A stretch of 64,000 nucleotides of DNA from Phycisphaerae bacterium (GTDB lineage Bacteria > Planctomycetota > Phycisphaerae > UBA1845), in the NCBI GenBank assembly GCA_028289375.1, contig JANQQK010000086.1, positions 41,679 through 105,678 of the forward strand, in the 5' to 3' direction. A program made the translations under genes and the position numbers. The notes beneath the pieces were generated by a model. It saw only the letters and a program-made list of their open reading frames with translations. It ran no database searches and was not told the DNA's origin. Shown one piece after another: positions 59,229 through 64,000 of the stretch; the first letter of the stretch is position 1, and every line of letters begins with the position of its first letter.

Positions 59229-60866
59229 TCACGGGCGATGCCATTCGTCGCAACCCGTGCAAAGCGGCATGATCGCGTAATCACCGGCCTGGTGACCATG
59301 ACGAATCCGCGTCAATCGTCGACCGTTCCAGAGTGTCTCAATCTGGGTTTCCGCGACGTTGCCGATCGGGTAACGACCGGCGAAATCCTGATCGCACGTG
59401 ATCATCGAACCATCAGCGAGAACGGTGGCACGGTGTTGAATCTGCTGGCATGGGAAACGCGTCGGCGGACTCATCGACATCACGGCATGATCGGACAGCT
59501 GCCCTGCGCAATGACTGTAGCCTCGGATGTTGGCCCATCCCTCCTCGCGAAGCCAACCATCGAAGAACGCTTCCATCTCCTCAATCGTCTCGATGCTCTT
59601 GGTCATCTCGGGGACGACGAGCGGCGCGACGCAGGGTCGCTCGCGTTTCAACGTCGCCAACTTGGCGAGGTTTTCCCGGACATCGTGCAGACGCGGTTCA
59701 CCTTGCACGCGGGCGTACAATTCCGGCGTCCACGCGTCGAGGATCACGTTCAGAACGTCGATACCATGCTCGATCAAGTGCTCTGAGGTTGCCTCATCCA
59801 GTGCAAGTCCATTCGTCCGAACGGCGATGCCGTAGATTCCGGCGTCGCGCAACACGCCGACAACGTCCCCGAATTGCGGATGCAAGAGCGGTTCGCCGAA
59901 TCCACCCAGGACCACAAGGGCATCGTCGTGTCGTGAGAGCTCCACCGCAATCTTCTCGACCAATGCAAGCGCCATCGGACCGCGCGTCGGCACACGTGCA
60001 CCACGCGGGCGAAGCAAGGCGTTGGGCAACTGGTCTTCGGTGGTCAGTTCAATCTCCACCTCGCGCGGCAATGATGGAACACCACCCTGCCGTTGCTCGA
60101 TCAACCACGATGCCACCGACTCCGCGTCGATCGGTCGGCCGGTCTCAAGGTATCCAGCCACATTGTCGCGGGCGCGTTCGGTATCGACGATAAGCCGACC
60201 AGCCGCGTAGCGGATCTTCTCCGAAGCCGTGAAACAGCACGACTTGTGCGCGAGGTCCATCATCGGCGCATCGGGTTTGTAGGACATGACAAACCCGGGC
60301 GGCACGTGCTTCTGCCCCATTTCCAGGAGCAGCTCCGTGCGAAAGACGGTCCCCACCATCCCCGGCGGCGCCTGAGCAAACGTCATGCGCGCTTCTTCTG
60401 CAGAGCCTTCCGCATGGTCGACCAGATCGTCGATGAGTCGTGGATCGATCAGCGGGGCACACGCTGGAGCAGCCACAACGCAGTCGGCTTTCTGTTCGTG
60501 TGCCAGGATCGCCAACTCGTCGGAACGGGCATATTCATCGATCGAGCACGTGCCCCCCAGTCCACCACGCCACGCATCGAGCGACCATTTGCGTGCCGTT
60601 CGGATCAGGTTCCGATACGGATCCGCCGCGACGCGCGCGGCGCGAACCGAGACTTGTTGTTCCAGGGCAGACGGCACCAGTTGCCGACATCGCGACACTT
60701 GTTCTGCCGGGCAGATGATGAAGATGTCCGGGCTGCGATCAGACATCACGAGCCGCTTGAGCGTTCGCGGCAGGACCGCCTCACCGAGAATCTCGTCCGC
60801 CGCCCGGCTCCTCGTGCCAATCGACGATACATCGAGGTCGACCTCAACAGCAGTGATGCATTTCAT
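59229..60866 (-). CDS. Cytidylyltransferase-like + degenerate radical SAM + SPASM protein (spiro-SPASM-like)
   Basis: SpsF-like N-terminus; GGFGEPLLHP and TNG but no CxxxCxxC; C-terminal PC...DG...CDQD...IGN...C..C. Confidence 0.75.
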   Translation of the reverse strand: MKCITAVEVDLDVSSIGTRSRAADEILGEAVLPRTLKRLVMSDRSPDIFIICPAEQVSRCRQLVPSALEQQVSVRAARVAADPYRNLIRTARKWSLDAWRGGLGGTCSIDEYARSDELAILAHEQKADCVVAAPACAPLIDPRLIDDLVDHAEGSAEEARMTFAQAPPGMVGTVFRTELLLEMGQKHVPPGFVMSYKPDAPMMDLAHKSCCFTASEKIRYAAGRLIVDTERARDNVAGYLETGRPIDAESVASWLIEQRQGGVPSLPREVEIELTTEDQLPNALLRPRGARVPTRGPMALALVEKIAVELSRHDDALVVLGGFGEPLLHPQFGDVVGVLRDAGIYGIAVRTNGLALDEATSEHLIEHGIDVLNVILDAWTPELYARVQGEPRLHDVRENLAKLATLKRERPCVAPLVVPEMTKSIETIEEMEAFFDGWLREEGWANIRGYSHCAGQLSDHAVMSMSPPTRFPCQQIQHRATVLADGSMITCDQDFAGRYPIGNVAETQIETLWNGRRLTRIRHGHQAGDYAIMPLCTGCDEWHRP

Positions 60867-62875
60867 GGCTGCCCATCCGTCGCGTCATCAAACCGCCGCT
60901 GCGTCTCGTTCAGAAGATCGATCATGCGCGCAACACCCTCGCGAAATGCCGTGACGAAACCCTTATCGCGGTCGAGTTGACGCTTTGTGCGTTCGATGCC
61001 GGTCGCATCGGACGCGCCCAATTTGCGGTCGGCGGTGTAGCGTTGCAGCTCCGCACGCTGCGTCGCCGCCGTGATGATGTCGTAGGTCCGCCCCGCCCGA
61101 CTGACAATCGCCCGCAATTCATCCACACGGACCAGGCGACGATTGAAAGCGGCTGGGTCATCGGTCATTCCGGCAAGCTCGTCGAGCAGTTCGAGCATCT
61201 CGTCGCAGAGGTCGCGAATCCGGGTCACATCCGTGATGCGCTGCGCAACCTGCGTTTTGAATTCTGCATGTCGCGATGTATCGCTCCATTGGGCCTCACT
61301 TCGGTACGCGAACGCATTGTCAGGCAACGCACGCGTGCAGTAGCGGTCGATCACATCGCGCAACGGCATAATCTCCGTGCCGGTCATCCGCGCTCCCCCT
61401 TCGGTCGCGTCGATCACTTTGGCTTTGCTCGTGGCGAAGTCGCGTTCGAACTGTTCGAGATACGTAAAGAGCAGGTCATCCGTGAACACATCACGGCCTT
61501 CGACGTCCTTGATCTTGCGCAAGATCGGCCGATTGCGGACAATCCGCTCCCACTCTTTCGTCTCCATCGAGTTGAAACGGTTGATCTCGCTTCGCCACGT
61601 GTTGTGCGTCTCAACGCCCGGCACGTAAAAGCAATGCCCACTGAACGCGAGATCCTGCCCGACAAACACGATCGGATCGCATCCCATGTACTGCAGCAGA
61701 TAAAATGCGAGATGGGCAACGGTCGCACCAGCCGGCAAACCATCACGACGGGCCAACTCCGGGCCAATCAGCTTCTCAGCGAAATCACTGTACAGCAGCG
61801 ACACCGGCCCCTTGTACTGCTCGAGCACATGCCAACTGACTTTCGGCTCGGCGATCAGGTGCACATCACCGAAGTCCTCGATGCCGTGAAAGAACTGCTT
61901 CGAGATCGCGTGAAAGTCCAGGCTTGTCACAAAATCGGGCATGACGCCCCGTTGGGCCAGCGGCTTGAACAGCGATTGCACCGCACACAGGATGCCCTTC
62001 CCCTTGAACTCGCTCAGGAGATCGATGTTCTTGCGCAGCGACGGACCGCCGGACACCACCACACCAGGATAGCCCTTGAATCGATCACGCAACACGTCGA
62101 TCGGCGGCGTCGATGCGTAGCTCGGCAGGTTGTACGCGATGTTGCGACAGGTCACTTCCGAGTTGCCGACCAATGTCAGCAGCGTCATGCGTGCATACGC
62201 AATGAAGTCCGTCACAGCCTGCCGTGCGGCCTTGTAGAACTCCGGAGCGATCTGGTGCGACGCCTGGTGTGTGACAAACTTCGCCCCAAGCATCATGAGC
62301 GTCATGTGCGGCTTAAGTCGCTCGTGCAGGTGATTCTTGTCGAGCCTGGTCACGATAACCAGCTTGCCGGATTGAATCGTCTCGGACAGATCAACACTTG
62401 TCAGCGCCGTGGCGATCGTCGCCATTGACGGCTCGACGACGACGATGAATGCATCACCGCGCAGGCGTGCGTGCAAGGCGCGCACGTGGTAGCCAAGCCC
62501 AAGACCAAAGACGACGACGCAGAACTTGTCCTCAAGGTCCACGCCATCGGCAAACCGCACGCCCTCCGTGTCCGGGTTGTACCGACTGTGAAGCCATCCC
62601 GCGCGACCGTCGGCCTGTTGAACCCGAACGGTCGGCATACCGGTCTTGGCCGGCTCGGTGGTCAGCCACTCTGATTCGGGCAGGTCATCGATCTGCTGGG
62701 CAAGCGCGCTGTCCTGGCGCCAAAGGGCAGCCATGTTCCGCGCGTAGATCGCATCCGACGCGCCGTCTCCGGCGAGCGGGTCTAGAGACGCTTGAATGGT
62801 TGTGGCAACAGTCACGGATGCAGATAGACTCCGGGCGCGACGCGACGATGGCCGCACACCCGGGTCAATCGGCAA
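60863..62875 (-). CDS. Motility-associated factor (Maf/DUF115) glycosyltransferase-like protein
   Basis: LHSRYNP, VFGLGLGYH, VVEP, VVSGGPSL, PDFVTSLD, GATVAH, MGCDPIVFVGQDLAF, DATEGGA; start uncertain. Confidence 0.88.
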   Translation of the reverse strand: MPIDPGVRPSSRRARSLSASVTVATTIQASLDPLAGDGASDAIYARNMAALWRQDSALAQQIDDLPESEWLTTEPAKTGMPTVRVQQADGRAGWLHSRYNPDTEGVRFADGVDLEDKFCVVVFGLGLGYHVRALHARLRGDAFIVVVEPSMATIATALTSVDLSETIQSGKLVIVTRLDKNHLHERLKPHMTLMMLGAKFVTHQASHQIAPEFYKAARQAVTDFIAYARMTLLTLVGNSEVTCRNIAYNLPSYASTPPIDVLRDRFKGYPGVVVSGGPSLRKNIDLLSEFKGKGILCAVQSLFKPLAQRGVMPDFVTSLDFHAISKQFFHGIEDFGDVHLIAEPKVSWHVLEQYKGPVSLLYSDFAEKLIGPELARRDGLPAGATVAHLAFYLLQYMGCDPIVFVGQDLAFSGHCFYVPGVETHNTWRSEINRFNSMETKEWERIVRNRPILRKIKDVEGRDVFTDDLLFTYLEQFERDFATSKAKVIDATEGGARMTGTEIMPLRDVIDRYCTRALPDNAFAYRSEAQWSDTSRHAEFKTQVAQRITDVTRIRDLCDEMLELLDELAGMTDDPAAFNRRLVRVDELRAIVSRAGRTYDIITAATQRAELQRYTADRKLGASDATGIERTKRQLDRDKGFVTAFREGVARMIDLLNETQRRFDDATDGQP

Positions 62876-63446
62876 AACGGACCGAAAGACTCAACGCATT
62901 CTTGAGCAGGTCAAGGTACTCCGACCGTGGAATCTCCCTGACGCCGAACTGTTTGAGGTGTTCTGTTGTAAATTGCACGTCGAGCAGCACCAACCCGCGA
63001 TCGCGCATGCGCTCCACGAGATGCACGAGCGCAAGCTTCGACCCATCGGTCTCGCGAAAGAACATCGACTCCCCAAAGAACGCCCCCTTGATGGACACGC
63101 CATACAAGCCGCCAATCAGCCTCCCCGCGCAGTAGGTCTCCACGCTGTGCGCGAACCCGAGGCGGTGCAAGTGAACGTACGCATCGCGAATCTCGTCTGA
63201 AATCCACGTCCCATCCGGTCGCTCCCCGCACGCATCAATGACTTGCTCAAAGTCGCGATCGATGACCATGTCATAAGGACCATTCCGGTAACGCTTCAGC
63301 AGGTTCTTCGAGGCGTGAAAATCCGCCAACGGCAAAATCGTCCGCGGATCGGGCGACAGCCAGAATACCTCCTCATGCTCGTCGGCCATCGGGAAAATGC
63401 CCTGAGCATAGGCAGCCAGCAGAATGTCCGGTTCCAGCATGTCCAT
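62865..63446 (-). CDS. aat: Leucyl/phenylalanyl-tRNA--protein transferase
   Basis: LLAAYAQGIFPM, SPDPR, TWI, AHSVE, GGLYGV, FFGESMF, DVQ..TEHL. Confidence 0.95.
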   Translation of the reverse strand: MDMLEPDILLAAYAQGIFPMADEHEEVFWLSPDPRTILPLADFHASKNLLKRYRNGPYDMVIDRDFEQVIDACGERPDGTWISDEIRDAYVHLHRLGFAHSVETYCAGRLIGGLYGVSIKGAFFGESMFFRETDGSKLALVHLVERMRDRGLVLLDVQFTTEHLKQFGVREIPRSEYLDLLKNALSLSVRFAD

Positions 63447-63591
63447 GATCAGTACCCATCATAACAGTCACATGGGTGCATGCACGCTGCCACACAAACG
63501 CGACATCCTGCCGACCATCTTGTACAATGCCATCCCACAATCGGGCCGTCCCGATTGGGAAGAAAAACGCTGGCCTCGACGCGAGTGCACC

Positions 63592-64000
63592 ATGACAAAC
63601 CCCCTCGACAAGACCATCACCGTCGTCTCCGGGCTGCCCCGTTCCGGCACCTCCATGATGATGCGCATGCTCGACGTCGGCGGCATCGACGCCGTGACTG
63701 ACAAAATCCGCGAAGCCGACGTCGACAACCCGCTCGGCTATTACGAATTCGAGCCGGTCAAGAAAACCAAGGATGACGCATCCTGGCTGCCGTCTGCGGT
63801 CGGCAAATCGGTGAAAATGGTCTACCTGCTGTTGTACGATCTGCCCACCGATTACCACTACCGCGTCGTCTTCATGCGTCGAAACCTCGACGAGGTCATC
63901 GACTCGCAGAACATCATGCTCGAGCGCCGCGGAAAATCCCAGGGCGGCCTGTCACGCGACCAGTTGAGAGCCAACTTCAAAAGCCAGCTCGACAAGGTAT
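63592..64000 (+). CDS. Sulfotransferase family protein (3' truncated by the window edge)
   Basis: Not in the ORF track; ATG 63592 opens MTNPLDKTITVVSGLPRSGTSMMM (PAPS-binding loop)...DNPLGYYE...FMRRNLDEV..SQ. Confidence 0.88.
   Translation, partial: MTNPLDKTITVVSGLPRSGTSMMMRMLDVGGIDAVTDKIREADVDNPLGYYEFEPVKKTKDDASWLPSAVGKSVKMVYLLLYDLPTDYHYRVVFMRRNLDEVIDSQNIMLERRGKSQGGLSRDQLRANFKSQLDKV

Noticed and set aside
59229-60866. RiPP maturase (radical SAM/SPASM) with a precursor peptide
   Set aside because: There is no CxxxCxxC, no RRE domain and no nearby precursor; the context is glycosylation.

Overview
A 64-kb GC-rich bacterial chromosomal segment, most likely from Planctomycetota/Phycisphaerae. 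This is an inference from an H-X9-DG prepilin-like protein, many CxxC zinc-ribbon membrane proteins, IPTL-CTERM and dockerin-like tails, and a J-like/FHA protein. Housekeeping content: rtcB+archease, murA, prmC, tRNA-His, parB with two parS sites, the methylcitrate genes prpD/prpB/prpC, a membrane Fe-S/CCG oxidoreductase, clpC, etfBA, tRNA-Pro, pyrG, kdsB, typA and aat. The strongest candidate for an undescribed system is a minus-strand operon at about 32.9-39.2 kb. It starts with a His-rich, CxxC-containing leader protein ending in RAPP (DUF2946/CruR/CutF-like arrest peptide) and continues with an H-X9-DG pseudopilin, three paralogous secreted His-motif proteins carrying three different C-terminal tail arrangements, and a fused membrane/spermidine-synthase-like protein. 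It is probably a metal-sensing, translationally controlled surface metal-capture system. Other notable items: a RAYT transposase with one of its own REPs inside its coding sequence; a coupled ABC-ATPase + TOPRIM-like pair (candidate defence system); three tandem divergent membrane paralogs; a lidless Hsp70 paired with a J-like/dual-FHA protein; and a spiro-SPASM-like pseudo-radical-SAM gene coupled to a Maf glycosyltransferase. No database searches were run; all calls come from motif recognition.
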